NCBI GenBank assembly: GCA_964016885.1
Contig: OZ024740.1
Coordinates: 336,474,001 to 336,538,000, forward strand
Direction: 5' to 3'
Length of the DNA: 64,000 bases
DNA from: Eledone cirrhosa
Taxonomy: Eukaryota
A program made the translations under genes and the position numbers. The notes below the pieces were generated by a model that worked only from the letters and a program-made list of their open reading frames with translations, had not been told where the DNA came from and searched no databases. Every line of letters begins with the position of its first letter. Position 1 is the first letter of the stretch. This document shows positions 42,995 through 56,851 of this stretch, one piece after another.

Positions 42995-43177
42995 TGTTTC
43001 TACTTTTGGCACAAGGCCAGCAATTACCCAGTACATTACTGGTACTTTATTTTATCGACCCTGTAAGGATGAAAGGCAAAGTTAACCCGACGGGATTTGA
43101 ACTCAGACCGTAATGGGACGTACTATGCTGGAAAGCATGGCGTCCAACCCTCTACCGATACTGCCAATTCACCGCCC
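42995..43177 (-). mobile_element. SINE A copy
   Basis: Full head and body; 20-bp duplication AATTATTATTCCATTATAAT at 42975-42994 and 43250-43269. Confidence 0.85.
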
Positions 43178-43180
43178 AAT

Positions 43181-43333
43181 TTTAAATAAAAATACTCTGA
43201 TATAAGAACCTCTTGTTAAGTTATATTACAAATATTATACTATCATTATAATTATTATTCCATTATAATGATGGTATGATATTTGTAATATAACTTAACA
43301 AGAGGTTCTTATATCAGAGTATTTTTATTTAAA
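43181..43333. repeat. fold-back hairpin, ~72-bp arms, 9-nt loop
   Basis: TTTAAATAAAAATACTCTGATATAAGAACCTCTTGTTAAG.. mirrored at 43262-43333. Confidence 0.9.
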
Positions 43334-43635
43334 GAGGAACACTTTAAAATGAGTGGGTTTGTATCATTTATCCAAAGGCGATTTGGATGTCTTTGTATAG
43401 AAAGGGGTTCGTTTAAAAGCTGGGGGAAATGTGGGTTGGGGGGCCCAAGAAAAGTATTACGATGACTGAGGATTTAGAAGACGAATACCAAAGACTTCCT
43501 CAATGGTTGATGAACCCCCCACCCCATCAACCGAAGTGAATACTTCTCCCTCATATATATGTGGTTGTCTATTGATAGTGTAATAAATTGTAAATTATTA
43601 ACCCTAATGATAGGCCATGTTTATTTGTACGCACG

Positions 43636-43721
<86 letters not shown>

Positions 43722-44013
43722 CAGGGAGTGTAACGTGAAGTTACTGTAGGTTCACCCAGGTGAGCACTCAATATGTTCATTCTCTCATTACCACAGCAAA
43801 GGTCCGACGAGCTTTTGATTCCAGAGTCGGCCAGATCAATACAGATCGAACCTTGGGCTGATCAATAGCGAAACGCGCGTCACCAATCAATGACGTAATG
43901 AAAAAGACATAACAAATCGTCCTTGTATTATTATTATTATCTTCCTGCTATATCAAGCGTTAACCTAATATATCCCTTCCATACCGACTGTGTTGTTATT
44001 TCTGTTTACCTTT

Positions 44014-44080
<67 letters not shown>

Positions 44081-44084
44081 GCCC

Positions 44085-44280
44085 CAGGTTCAATCGGAGG
44101 TAACCACAGTTGGTAAGATACTTAATACATTAGTAGAGTGTAAACATAAGGTTTAATATAGAAATGGCTTCTGCAGGAGTAGAACTGTTTCATTCAAAAG
44201 AAATCATCAGGAAAACTTTCCTGGTGATTTCTTTTGAATGAAACAGTTCTAGATCTGTAAAAGCCATTTCTATATTAAAC
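44085..44280. mobile_element. pLTR-like element with palindromic pair of family B hammerheads
   Basis: Arms 44151-44214 / 44217-44280; minus arm has CTGATGA..GAAA with CA at the cleavage site, plus arm has CTGGTGA..GAAA..TA; leader shared with 49224-49285. Confidence 0.7.
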
Positions 44281-44430
44281 TTTATATATATATATATAAA
44301 GGCACGTGTGAATTAGAATACAGTGAGGATTGAAAATCTTAAAAATAAAATTAGAGGTTTTTACCGTATATTGGCTAAAGAAAATAATTAGGGCATCTGA
44401 AACTCCATAAAGGAATCAATGTGCATTTTA

Positions 44431-44501
44431 ACGCGTGGTTATCGAACCCAGACCTCTTATTTTCGCGATAAATGTGCAAGACCAGTTACACCAGCATGCC
44501 C
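44431..44501 (-). pseudogene. degenerate tRNA-like sequence (possible CGC anticodon)
   Basis: TGGTGTAACTGGT A-box, GGGTTCGATAACC B-box, poor stems; lies between duplicated flanks 44302-44411 / 44558-44651. Confidence 0.35.
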
Positions 44502-44934
44502 ACCCTGATTACCTCCGTTAAATTTAGAAGCTATAATTTAATAGCGGTAAATATGTAAGCACGTGTGTATTAGAATACAGTGGCGATTGAAATTTTGAAA
44601 ATAGAATTAGTAGCTTCCACCGTATATTGACGACAATGAACTCCTATAAACGAAAAAATGGTCATTAGATCGCGTGGGGATCAATTCCCACTTGCTAATG
44701 CTCATTTTTTCCGTAATGGGACAAAGTTGACCTCAGCGAGATTTGAACACAGAGTGCTGCGAGCCTCATCACAACTCCTAAATAAATTTGTATTATGTAG
44801 AAACAAAAACAAAGAGCCTTTAACTTTTAATGGTGCCGTGGGGCGCCATCCTGAAACAAGGCGTGTCTTTTTTTAATCTGGCGGATCTTATCCCTCTCTA
44901 GGTCGGAGCACAGCCGATCTCTTCCAGAAAAAGA

Positions 44935-44985
44935 AAGAGAGAGTGTGAAAAAGAGAGAGAGAGTGAGAGAGAGAGAGAGTGTGAA

Positions 44986-45047
<62 letters not shown>

Positions 45048-45057
45048 AGAGAGAGAT

Positions 45058-45131
<74 letters not shown>
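44935..45131. repeat. (GA)n microsatellite
   Basis: Direct inspection. Confidence 0.95.
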
Positions 45132-45135
<4 letters not shown>

Positions 45136-45979
45136 GTGATCTTATATAAGAAGAACCAACCCCAGTACTGGACAGATATTTTATTTATCCATCTCGAAAG
45201 GATGAAAAGCAAAGTTAACCTCAGTGGAATTTGGAATTTGAACTGAGAGGGTTGTGAGCCAGAACAAATACATTTTTAATCCTAGTCCTAACGACTGTGT
45301 CTTTTCATCGCGAAAGAGATTTCTATTATGTAATACTCGATACAATGTGAGAGCGGCGAATTAACAGAGTTGCCAGGGGCGTCGGATTAAAATTGCCTTA
45401 GCATTTGATCCGGATCACTACATTTTGAGTTCAAATCCCGCCAAGATCAAGGTAGATAAATAAAGTACAATTCCATTACTGGTGATGATTTTTTATTGCT
45501 TTCTTTCTTTGAAAGAAATCGGGTGTATTCAGACTTGGAGAGGGATGGTCTCTGCCAGGTTTTAAATGTCCATAACACAGCGTGTGTCAGGATGGCACTC
45601 CTACGACTCCATCAAGAGTTAAGTATCTTTTACTTGATAAGATACAATGTTTGAAAAACGACAAGAGCACATTTGATAATAAGCCATAGTCAAGTTGTAT
45701 CAGGGCTGAAATAGGGCTAAAGAACAACAACAACAAAAACAAAAATTGACACTGAAACCAAAGAACAAATGCACAGCCTTCTAGAAATAACGATCATATA
45801 TACCTTAAATCACACTCCATCGTCTTCAAAATAGAATATTATATTAGATAATGCTGTCCTGAATGTTTAAAAAGATGGGAAGGTCATGGCTGGAACATTT
45901 TTATCAAAGATCTGTTCGAACAACGCTGGCACATGGCTAAAACAAGAAGAAATACGTGCATTAGTGGCATTGGCGTGAT

Positions 45980-46050
<71 letters not shown>

Positions 46051-46105
46051 GGTGGTGGTGGTGGTGGTGGTGGTGGTGGTGATAGTAGTAGTAGTAGTAG
46101 TAGGA
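45980..46105. repeat. (TAG)n(TGG)n microsatellite
   Basis: Direct inspection. Confidence 0.95.
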
Positions 46106-46426
46106 GGAGTATGGCGGGGTGATGGAGATGATGTAGTAACTGTGGTAGTAGTGATGGTAGATTTTTGTATTGAGCTAATTACCTGAAAGCTGCACGAAAA
46201 AGGAAGCCGATCCTAATATTTCCATTTTTATAAACGAAGAATGAAAAATATATATATTCAAAGCCTCCTTGTCTAGAATACTTAAATTTAGATTTTTGAC
46301 CTTTAACCTTTTTTATACGAACCGCCTGTAGTTGCTTCTGGTTCTATGATAGAAAATATTCATAAACTTATCATCATAATTTTATATAAGAACCTATTAT
46401 TTAGTTGTTTCAAACACCAGCTTAAT

Positions 46427-46640
46427 AACTGTTTCTATATTTTGTACAAGGCCAGCAATTTCAAGAAGAAGGTAAAGTAAGTCGATTAAATCGTCCTCAG
46501 TGCATTACTGGTACTTTATTTTATCGACCCTGTTAGGATGAACGGCAAAGATAACCTCGGCGGGATTTGAACTCAGAACGTAAAGGGCCGTAACTATATG
46601 CTGCAAAGCATGTTGTTCGATGCACTACTGGTGTTGCCTT
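46427..46640 (-). mobile_element. SINE A with 13-bp TSD
   Basis: TSD ACACCAGCTTAAT at 46414-46426 and 46641-46653. Confidence 0.85.
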
Positions 46641-48189
46641 ACACCAGCTTAATGAGAAAGTTAGTTGTATTACTAAATACCTGCAAATTTTTGATTATTT
46701 TCAAAATTATTTGAAAAATAGTAGCAATATCTCCAATTAGAAATATGGTAAAGAAACGCTTAACGCAATCTGGAAAATATTTCTGACCTTTAAGATTTGG
46801 TAAAAGAAATGTTATTGAGGGAAAAAGTTTAGTTAGGGATTCTAAAGAATATTTTTTTTAATCCATGTTATATCATTTTTCCGTTGTATACGTCATATAT
46901 TATGTTCGCACTTTCTATGAGAGCTGCACAGGTGCTGGCATGCTACTATATACACCATAATGGCATGCATTTTCTACTGCAGTCTATCTGCATTCTTTTT
47001 ATCGATTATAATCACAAATATAATAAGTATATACCTCAAGTGTCGACCTTAACATACAAATAACAATGGAATTCAAGATAATGGAGGGTTTTATAAGAAT
47101 ATTCTAATTTCCCCATTATTGATAACTGAGTACAATTATACAGTATTCTCTCGAACTGCCAAAATGATACTTGAGTATAAAATGTCATGGTCACAGAACT
47201 GAATTATTGTATAATATCTATTTATTTGTTTATATGTATTCCCGATCCACAAATAATATTATTTCCTTGCCAATATTATCTAAAGTAGTTCCTCGGAGGC
47301 AATCACCTCTCATACTCGACAAGGGTTTCTACCTTTATCGCGGTTGTTCTGATAGTGAATAATCTGCATAGCCACTTCAATACACAAAAGAATGAAATCC
47401 ATACATATGATATGATTAATATGTAAGCTCCACAAAAACTACGTTGGAGAAGCTTTTAATGGCTTGCTATGAGAACTATGTCCTGAGGCATTACAATAAA
47501 TATGTGAGAAGAAATAAATGTAAAGGAAATTATATTACTCGATGGAAAAATTAGTTTATAAATTTACTTATAGATATATAATATGAAAGAAGGCAGTGAA
47601 TTAGAAGAGTATTTAGTCAGATTAAACACCTGTTTGAGATCTCTGCGCTCTGAGTTCAAATCTTGTCGAGATCAGTTTTACCGCCTTTTATCTTTTCTTG
47701 CTCAATAAATAAAGTGGCAATACGAGGCGGAGTTGTTAAAGCTTGCGGTATCTATTTTGAATTTGTGCATTCAAATATCATCAGAAAATGGCTACAAAAT
47801 GAGTCTGGGACCCATAGCACCCCCAAACAAAAACCAATCAAAAAGAAAACACCCAAAAAAAACTACTATAAGGTGCCGCTAAGTAATAGACCGGCTAAGC
47901 CTATACAGCAAGTGTAAACCATATAAAAAAAAACATATCATAAAGCAAATATAAATTAAGAAATATGAAGAAATCATAATTCCTGAATGGTAGTTTTGAA
48001 ATATCTCTCAAATTACTTGAGTATTTATTCTGTTATTATTTTATTATTTTCAGTCCTTAAACAGCGACCTTGCTGGGGCATCGCCTAAAAATCATCCCTA
48101 TCGATCCCAGTACTTACATTTTCAAGTTTAGTACTTATTTTATTGATCTCTTTTGTCGAATCGCTATGTTATAGGATGTAACATGTCTG

Positions 48190-48598
48190 TTGTTTGATCT
48201 TTTTCTTGTGTCCACAAGAGTGTCAGTTACAAGCTTGGCTAGATGTGGTTCCGCCACAGCTGAACACATTGCTGTCCTTTCTCATTAAACTCTGCCAAGT
48301 TCAATGTGGCGCAGGGGTGTTCCAGCAGGGGTCATATCAGGAGGTGCTGCGTTGTCTGTGGTTCGATGCCGTAGTCACACACAACGTCCCCGTCCTTTAA
48401 CTATCCCCATTTTGCAAGAGTGACTTTTGCACGTCCAACACCAGATCTTAATCTGTTAAGGCATTTCCACACTGCATAGTTTGTATCTGCTCCATTAAAA
48501 AGTAAATGGCTGAGTATTCCTAGGACACATTTACCTCTGACTGAATCAGCGTGGCACAATATTTGACAGGGTTGTACCGTTGAATTACGAGTACAATG
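48190..48598 (-). mobile_element. RTEX-like LINE 3' fragment nested in a SINE
   Basis: WKCLNRLRSGVGRAKVTLAKWG*..VCDYGIEPQTTQHLLI*P, a LNRLRxG..KWG..CxCG..QT..H C-terminal motif; SINE-like sequence at 48060-48185 and 48600-48770. Confidence 0.65.
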
Positions 48599-48844
48599 CA
48601 TTCAACCGACTTTCATACACTTTTCGTCTACTTAATTTCACAATTTCACACCTAAAAATTGGGTCAACTCTAGCCTAAAGTAAAAAATACTTGCCGAAGA
48701 TGTCACGCAATGAGATCAAGCTCAATATTTCGTGATTACGAACCGAACTTCTTCACCAGTCGACCATGCTTGAATACACACAGATCTGGTATGTTGAGTA
48801 AAATATATTAACACTAGTATTTCAATGCTCTACTATACAACAGA

Positions 48845-48950
<106 letters not shown>

Positions 48951-49080
48951 TAGGTTTACGAAAATTGTTGATATTAATTCATCGATCTCAGGCCACGACT
49001 CACCCAGTCAATATAAGATTGCAGTAGTGAGACTGCATCCTGTTGTTCAGAGTGCACACATTTTAGTTAATAGCAAGTGC

Positions 49081-49223
<143 letters not shown>

Positions 49224-49430
49224 GGGTTCAATCGGAGATAACCACAATAAGTAAGGTACTCAATATATAGCAGAGTATAAATATTTAATATAGAAATACC
49301 TTCTACAGGACTAGAACTATTTCATTCGAAGGAAATCATCAGGAAAGCCCCGGTGATTTCCTGCTGGCTTTCCTTGTGATTTCCTTGGAATGAAACAGTT
49401 CTAGTCCTGTAGAAGCCATTTCTATATTAA
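49224..49430. mobile_element. pLTR-like element with family B hammerhead fold-back
   Basis: Minus 49298-49348: GCTTTC-CTGATGA-tttccttcgaat-GAAA-tag ttctagtc ctg-TA-GAAGGT (intact core); inverted copy 49365-49430; flanked by (TG)n and (TA)n. Confidence 0.72.
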
Positions 49431-49477
<47 letters not shown>

Positions 49478-49655
49478 TAACGAGAGAGAGAGAGGGGAGA
49501 GAAAGAGACAAAGAAAGAGAGAGAGAAGTTACTAGTAAGATCATTGTTCAACTTCTCGATATTTTTTTTAAGTAGAATATTATAAAGATGTTATGCCCTA
49601 CGGCTGAGCTCTTACCGTTTCGACAGCTATAGGACAGAAAATCTTACATATTTGC

Positions 49656-49710
<55 letters not shown>

Positions 49711-50905
49711 GACAGATGTAAACACATTGTTTATATATACAATATTTTCGTGAGTAGAAAAAGAGACCGTTGTCTGACCCTTAAGTTTATAAAGTTTTTG
49801 TATATACGAACAAGATGTTTACATACAATGTTGGCTAATTCTCTCTCCCAATCTAACTATCTATCTATCTTTCTCTCTCTTTCTTTCTCTATCTCTTTCT
49901 CTCTCTCCCCTCTCTCTTTTTCTCTCGATTATGTGTATATAATTTGAAAATATAGACGTTGCAGTGCCGATAACTATAATAATAGTCGATAATTATAAAT
50001 AAGAGTTGAGAAAATCGGGTAAAATACCACTGCTGACGGAAAAAAAAGTGGACAGCGATGCCTGATTCTGTAATAGAGTATAGACTAAAGGAGAAGTATA
50101 GAAATTTTTTTCTGAATGAACCACTGCTATTATCTAGTTTTTCAGATCAGATGCTGATTATCTCAATGAGAGGAAAAACAAAACAAAATGCAAATCAAAA
50201 AAAGAAAAAAAAATCAAAAACATTTTCGATAACGTATTTTTATAGAAGACTGACTCGTTATAAGTAAAGATTTGTTAATGTCATGGTAGATTGATCGAAC
50301 TGGCAAATATTCATTTAGTGATTGCGTTGTCAGATGATGTTATATGATGTTATTGTAGGTTGGCTAATTTTCTTTTTGTATTTCTATCTTTGTGTCGAAA
50401 ACATCAAACGGAATATATGTATATATTATTTTATTCAGCAGTATTATTTGTAATTAAATTAAGAAGTAGCATATAGAAATCTATGTGGCTTTGACATGAC
50501 CTTCGATGAAGGAAATCAGTTACTTTTTTTTTTCTTTTTTTTTTTTTTCTTTGTTTTGATCAACAACAGAAAGACAATACGGGAAAATATAAGAAGAAAT
50601 AAGAAAACCAGATGATACGAAATCTAATTACATTAACGTTCAATGGAAAATAAAATAGAAAATAAGAATGTGTGAGTTAGGATACAGCTGTATGATGATG
50701 TCAACAGGCTTACAGACATCCAGACATACAACATTATTGACTGGGGTTTCTAAGGACATAACGTTACAGCAAGTTAAAAGATAGGGTTTGAACCCAGAAC
50801 ATGTTTTTACATTGTGAGTTCACTTACGACGACACTTGCGCCAAACTATATCTTTCTTTGTCTTTCCCATAGACAAGATCAGTTGCGTGGAGAGAGTTTA
50901 CTTAC

Positions 50906-51017
50906 ATGCTTGGGTAACCGCTGGTCTTCAACAACAACAAAACATCTTGTTCGGGCTTCTGCCTTCGAGAGAAACATTCCAGATGCAAACTTATGGTCAG
51001 CCATGGTCGAATGTGGC
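50906..51017 (-). CDS. candidate 112-nt exon containing ACCATGG
   Basis: ttttttcgcgttaccacttttaag|GCCAC...CAAGCAT|gtaagt; reads PHSTMADHKFASGMFLSKAEARTRCFVVVEDQRLPKH. Confidence 0.35.
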
Positions 51018-51183
51018 CTTAAAAGTGGTAACGCGAAAAAATATTCACTAATGTCATCTTACTCCGATCTAAACAAGTACAAGAAACAATCCATGACTCA
51101 TCTCAGTTTATTTAGAACTCTCTAGAGAATCAGTTAGTAGTCCACACAATTGTCTGTCCACTGAGCTGGCATATATACATATG

Positions 51184-51253
<70 letters not shown>

Positions 51254-51372
51254 TCGTGCAAAGCTCCGAATATTGTTTTTTTCGTGGATGGTGGTCGACC
51301 GCCGCAACTTCGATTTTACTAACTTCTACGCTTATATATATATATATATACATATGTATTTGTGTGCGTAAG

Positions 51373-51427
<55 letters not shown>

Positions 51428-51674
51428 ATAATAATAAATTTGAAGACTAAAATCCAAAGAGGGCTCGATAAGGATAAATATATATCAAATATATAAGAAC
51501 CGTAGAGCAAATATTTATTAAAATAACAGATTAAAGTTTAAGCAAAGAATCGCTGCTTTCACCCTTAACGGGATCTTCTGAAACTAACAAAGTCAATCTG
51601 TGAACGCAGAAGTGAATATTTAAAAAACATTACAACCGGAGGAAGACAGGAAGACGATACTTTGGTTCGTGGAA

Positions 51675-51941
51675 ACGTTCCCTGGCAAAGAACGGGAAAA
51701 AACGAATATAATACGTCATTATTTGGAGCGGTGAAAAACAATTACACGCAAAGACAAAACCACGTTTATGGAATAAAAGAAATCGTAGACTAATATTCTA
51801 TTAAGTGGTTCATAGAGACGTTCTCTGGTAATGAACGGAAAAAACGAAGATAATACGTCATATGTGGAGCGGGGAGAACAATTGCACGCAAAGACAAAAC
51901 CACGTAAATGGTATAATTGAAGTCGTAGACTAAAATTCTAA
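51675..51941. repeat. diverged ~143-bp tandem duplication in the Penelope 3' region
   Basis: ACGTTC.CTGG..GAACGG..TAATACGTCAT..GGAGCGG..CACGCAAAGACAAAACCACGT..TCGTAGACTAA.ATTCTA occurs twice. Confidence 0.85.
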
Positions 51942-52672
51942 CTACCAAACCGAATGATTCTTGGCTTCAGAGTTAAGAATAAAGTAAATAAAATACAGAG
52001 GTAATTGAAATTAAATAAATACATACACGCATACATATACGTACATACACAAGCATACGCGAAAACATTCGCCATAGGTATACAAATACACGCACGTACA
52101 ACACACAAAAAAAAACCCGCACGCACATACAGAACCCACGCAACGCCAGTACCCGCACGCATACGAATGTATACACCAAATACACATAAAAATATATATA
52201 AAAAAATATATATATATGTGTGTGTGAGTGCGTGTATACATATAATTAAATAAACGTATATAAATAAATAAATACGTATATAACAAGCGCACACACATAC
52301 CTACATGTACATACATATATGTTCGGAGACGAGCGTCAACCAAAACACAAAGTACACATATGCACACACCCTACATACGTACGAACCCGCATACTCACAC
52401 AGACGCAAAACTCACGTATACACATAACCAAAAGCATATGTACCGGAATATATAATATATACGCCATAACATATACAATCAAATATACGTACCAGAAAGT
52501 ATACGTACCTTCACAAAACATACAGGTAATATATACTTACCTATACAAATAAGTAATGGTATAAACATAACATATACTGAGCAACCACATCAAGACGTAA
52601 AATATTCGCGTATAGTTCGTACTATCCGTTAGGGTATAAAGTGGTGCTGTAATACAGGAAAGTTTTGTGCAA

Positions 52673-53445
52673 TTAATGTTTACAAGCCTCAAACTTTTTG
52701 TTTAAGATGTGGTCTTTGGCGTAGAGTATTTCTAGGGCCTCAGCGGCGCAGAGGTCACATGGTCTTTTATTTCCGTTATACGATCTAGCCCTAGCTAGGA
52801 TCTCCCAGTGTAACTTATATTGGGTGTGGTTGTCTTTTAGACTCCAGATATAAGCTGAAAGTGACGTCATATTCCTTCTTAAAGGGTTACGAAAAGAATG
52901 GGTATGCATGTAAAGACGCTGCTTAAATCTATTGGCGGTTAACCCTATGTAGGCCCTACGGGACATTGGTGTTTCAACCTTACATTTGTACATTTGTAGA
53001 CAATGTTACTAGAGAGGCATTTCCCGGATAGGGGGCAGTCAACCCGATTCCTACAATTACAGTTAGTACTAACTACAGGGTTGCACGTGTTCCTGCGACT
53101 AGGTAGTTTAGCTAAATTTGAAGCTGTGATGTTATGTTCAAGGTTAGGAGTCGTAGAGTAAGAAATTTTAATAGTATTTCTATTAAAATTTTTACGATAT
53201 TTATGTGTAGGGGGAAAATGCTTCATAATAAGGGAGAGAAAGATCTTAGCTAAAGGTGTGGCCACCTCCATATTATATGGTGAGTTATACCATATAATGC
53301 GTCGGGATCTATTTCTTCTAGGTCTATTCTCGTACTCTGTATATGCTACCTTATCGACAAATCCACTCCGAGCAAGAGCTTCATTGTAATATGTGGAATG
53401 GTCGTTGAAAATATGCTCGTTAGTAGATAGACGGGAAAGCCTCAA
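52673..53445 (-). pseudogene. Penelope-like (Naiad-like) element fragment with GIY-YIG endonuclease
   Basis: RRIIWYNSPY..KNFNRNTIKISYS..CNCRNRVDCPLSGKCLSSNIVYKC|KVE..AYIGLTANRFKQR..TSLSAYIWSLK..CDLCAAE..ILNK; frameshift caused by an 8-bp duplication TACAAATG near 52990. Confidence 0.85.
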
Positions 53446-53934
53446 GGAAATTTGTTTAATTTGTCCAGGTGTATCTTGTTTAACCTGTTAGTTCTTTCGT
53501 TGCTCTGGTATTGTGTGTTAGGTTTTGCCTACCACAATGTTCAATTTGTCAAGCTATTTAAACGTATGTTGTTACTCTAAGGACCTACTCTTATTGAGTG
53601 CTTTGCTCACTCATTCATATTGTAGGTCGACTTTGCTTGCCCACAGCCAAAGCTTCGATTTTACTAAGCTTCCACATGTATATATATATATATGTGTATG
53701 TGTGTGTGTGTGTGTGTGTGTGTACATACATAGGTACGTACATACGTGTGTGTGCGTGTGTGTGTGTCGCTCATTGTCACTATAATCAATAATGAAAACT
53801 ATCCAAGAATTCTCATATTCAGTATATTTTTCTTGATAACTCAAAAATGTAAAACAAGTCATCATCTTGTTATTGGGAAAGATATTTAGGTTTATATTGC
53901 TGCTTTGGTTTCATCTTCGTGTTGTTGTTATTAT

Positions 53935-53939
53935 TGTGC

Positions 53940-54003
<64 letters not shown>

Positions 54004-54005
54004 GA
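53935..54005. repeat. (GTT)n microsatellite
   Basis: Direct inspection. Confidence 0.95.
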
Positions 54006-54279
54006 TTCATCTTCGTTATTGTTGTTATTGTTGTGTTGTTGTTTCTTTGTTGTTATTGTTGTGTTGTTGTTTCGATGTCGTTTCTTTGTTGTTATTGTTG
54101 TTGTCAATATTACCTTTAGTTGCCGACCAGCTTTTGCTGTTCCCATTTACTTTCAACTTTTTCAGAAGATTAAAGCAAAACAATACTACATGCTTCAAGC
54201 AAATTGAACGTATTTGGGAATGTACTCACATTCATACGTACATACATACATATATATATAGAGAGAGAGAGATAGAGAG

Positions 54280-54286
<7 letters not shown>

Positions 54287-54358
<72 letters not shown>

Positions 54359-54527
54359 CATACATACATACATACATACATACATACATACATACATACA
54401 TACAAATATACATACATACATACATGCATGCATGCATGCATGCATACATACATAATACATATATGCATACAAATATACATACATGCATACATACATACAT
54501 ACATACATACATACATACATACATACA

Positions 54528-54560
<33 letters not shown>

Positions 54561-54714
54561 GCATGCATACATACATAATACATACATACATGCAGACAGA
54601 CAGACAGGCTTACAAACATAATACGTACATGCATACATACATACATACATACATACATACATACATACATACATACATACATACATACATACATACATAC
54701 ATACATACATACAT
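54287..54714. repeat. (TA)n(TACA)n microsatellite
   Basis: Direct inspection. Confidence 0.95.
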
Positions 54715-55317
54715 GGTGGCTGCCAATTCGTTTTCGAGTACGGCCACTACTTTATACCCATGTAGGAGAACCCCTACCGATGGGCTGAACGAGTGTGACT
54801 TTTTAGTCCAGCCAGCGACTTGAAAACTCTGGTACAAACACTAGACTTGTGACAATTATTGACACATAGTACTGGGCCCATGGTACCATGTGACGACAAG
54901 TGCAGAGAAATCTCCAGATATAAAGGAATGCCTGTGCCGTGAAGCTTTTATAGTGAGCAAAGGCACTACACAAAGCCAGTCCCACTCTCTTAACCAAGAT
55001 GATATTTACCAAAAAGAAGAACAAGTCAACATCATTGGATACCATCAGGGTTGCAGGTGTTATATCAGAGTTTTTTTTCTCCAAGAATTCTGCCTTGACA
55101 AAGGCTAAGGGGTCAGCTCTCCCGGTGATTTTGGATGGCCATTGACTCTTAAGAGCTCCTTTGCCCTTTGACAGGTTTTGTTTTTAGTCCTGCAGGATGT
55201 CCAAAGTCACCCTCCTCACCAAGAAACCTTGGTGGGGTTGCCAGTTTAGTCGCCAACGACCCGACCATGGGACAGGTTGTACTGGGATACATGTTACCAG
55301 TAGCACCAACTGGTGAC
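54715..55317 (-). mobile_element. full copy of the 600-bp RTE-derived non-autonomous element in (TACA)n
   Basis: Reverse-complement match to 6087-6690 over the whole length. Confidence 0.87.
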
Positions 55318-55557
55318 ACATACATACATACATACATACATACATACATACATACATACATACATACATACATACATACATACATACATACATACATACA
55401 TACATACGTACGCACGTACATACATATGCACACATAGGCACACATATACGCGCGCAATAGTAGATGCTGAGAGATAGGTAGATAGATAGATATATAAATA
55501 CATGGAAATATAGATAGGTATGTAGACAGACAGACACATAGACAGACAGATAGATAT

Positions 55558-56374
55558 ATTTCTTTATTTACCATAAAGGCATAAAAAGAAGGGACAAATA
55601 CAAAGGGGGAGTTTACATATAATCGAGTAAAAAGGGTGTAACATGAAAATAATCGAAAATAACCTCAAAAGGGAGGGGACGTGATGGGGGTTGCACACAC
55701 CCCCGGAAAAGTGTGCAATCCTTTGCCCGGGGAGCACATGGAGAAGGTGCTCCCCTCTCCTTTACTTCTTTACCTACAGGATGGTATACAGAGAAGGCCC
55801 ATTTACACGAGCCATTCTCGCCACTATCACCCACCTTTCATAAAACTGCCTGTGGCCAAGCACCTCTCTCTCCATTCTTATCCTTCTTCCGAAGTGATAT
55901 CGGAAGAAGTAGACCAGACTATGGCCAGAGAGGAAGTTGCCTGACCTCAGACATTTCAATCGTGTCCACCAAACAACCTCTTTCAACATGGCTATTACGC
56001 ACAGAAAAACCGCCTTGCTTCTTTGTGAAGAGGGGAGGCGGTTTGATTGTCATCACGGACTCGGCGGTCAATTTAATTGGCGCCACCCGCGACAGCAGTC
56101 GTTCGGCGTAGCCCCACAGATCAGCCACGCCCGGACATTGCACCAATGCGTGCGCAACGGTTTCTTCGTGACGCACGCATCTAGGGCAAATCTTTTTTGA
56201 GGGATCCCTGCCCGGGCGCCCGTGTCTGTAGAGCCTCTCTCGAACGGGTAGAGCCCCCCGGTAGCACTGCCAGGCCAGTGACTTCTGGAAGTTGTCCATT
56301 GGTCCTGGGCCGAAAGTCCTACCGAACAGGCTGGCCAGTTCGTCTTCTTCCATGTCCAGCGACTCTCCAAGGGT
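55558..56374 (-). mobile_element. 5'-truncated Tx1 LINE copy
   Basis: TLGESLDMEEDELASLFGRTFGPGPMDNFQKSLAWQCYRGALPVRERL..CPRC..ETVAHALVQCP; GATA/GACA repeats on both sides. Confidence 0.9.
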
Positions 56375-56413
56375 ATAATAGACAGACAGATAGATAGATA
56401 GATAGATAGATAA

Positions 56414-56546
56414 GTTTCTTTTATTTGCCACTAGGGCATCAAAAGTGGGACAAGTACAAAGGGGGGAGTTTACACAAAAAGGCGTCCTCAATAAGGAGGA
56501 GGCAATAACAAAATATAAAAATAAAATAAGATATAACAAAAAATAA

Positions 56547-56549
<3 letters not shown>
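56414..56549 (-). mobile_element. very short Tx1 3' UTR copy in (GATA)n
   Basis: Nearly identical to 214-348. Confidence 0.88.
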
Positions 56550-56605
<56 letters not shown>

Positions 56606-56851
56606 GATATATTTCTTTATTAGCCACAGGGGCACAAAAGAAGGGGACAAATACAAAGGTGGAAGTTTACATACAATAAAAACGTGTAAAATGTTATCAC
56701 AAATGGAATTTAAAAAGTTAGTCGATTTTCCCCAATAGAGGGAGACAGTTTATATGGGTAACACATACCCCCGAAAAAAAAATGTGCAACCCTCATCTCC
56801 AGGAGTACGAAGAGTTTGTACTCCTTTCCTCTCCTCCTCCTTTTCCTCAAC

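Noticed and set aside
53867-54823. 318-aa ORF and the many YI/CV/MYVC/THTH ORFs across the window
   Set aside because: Stop-free microsatellite translations
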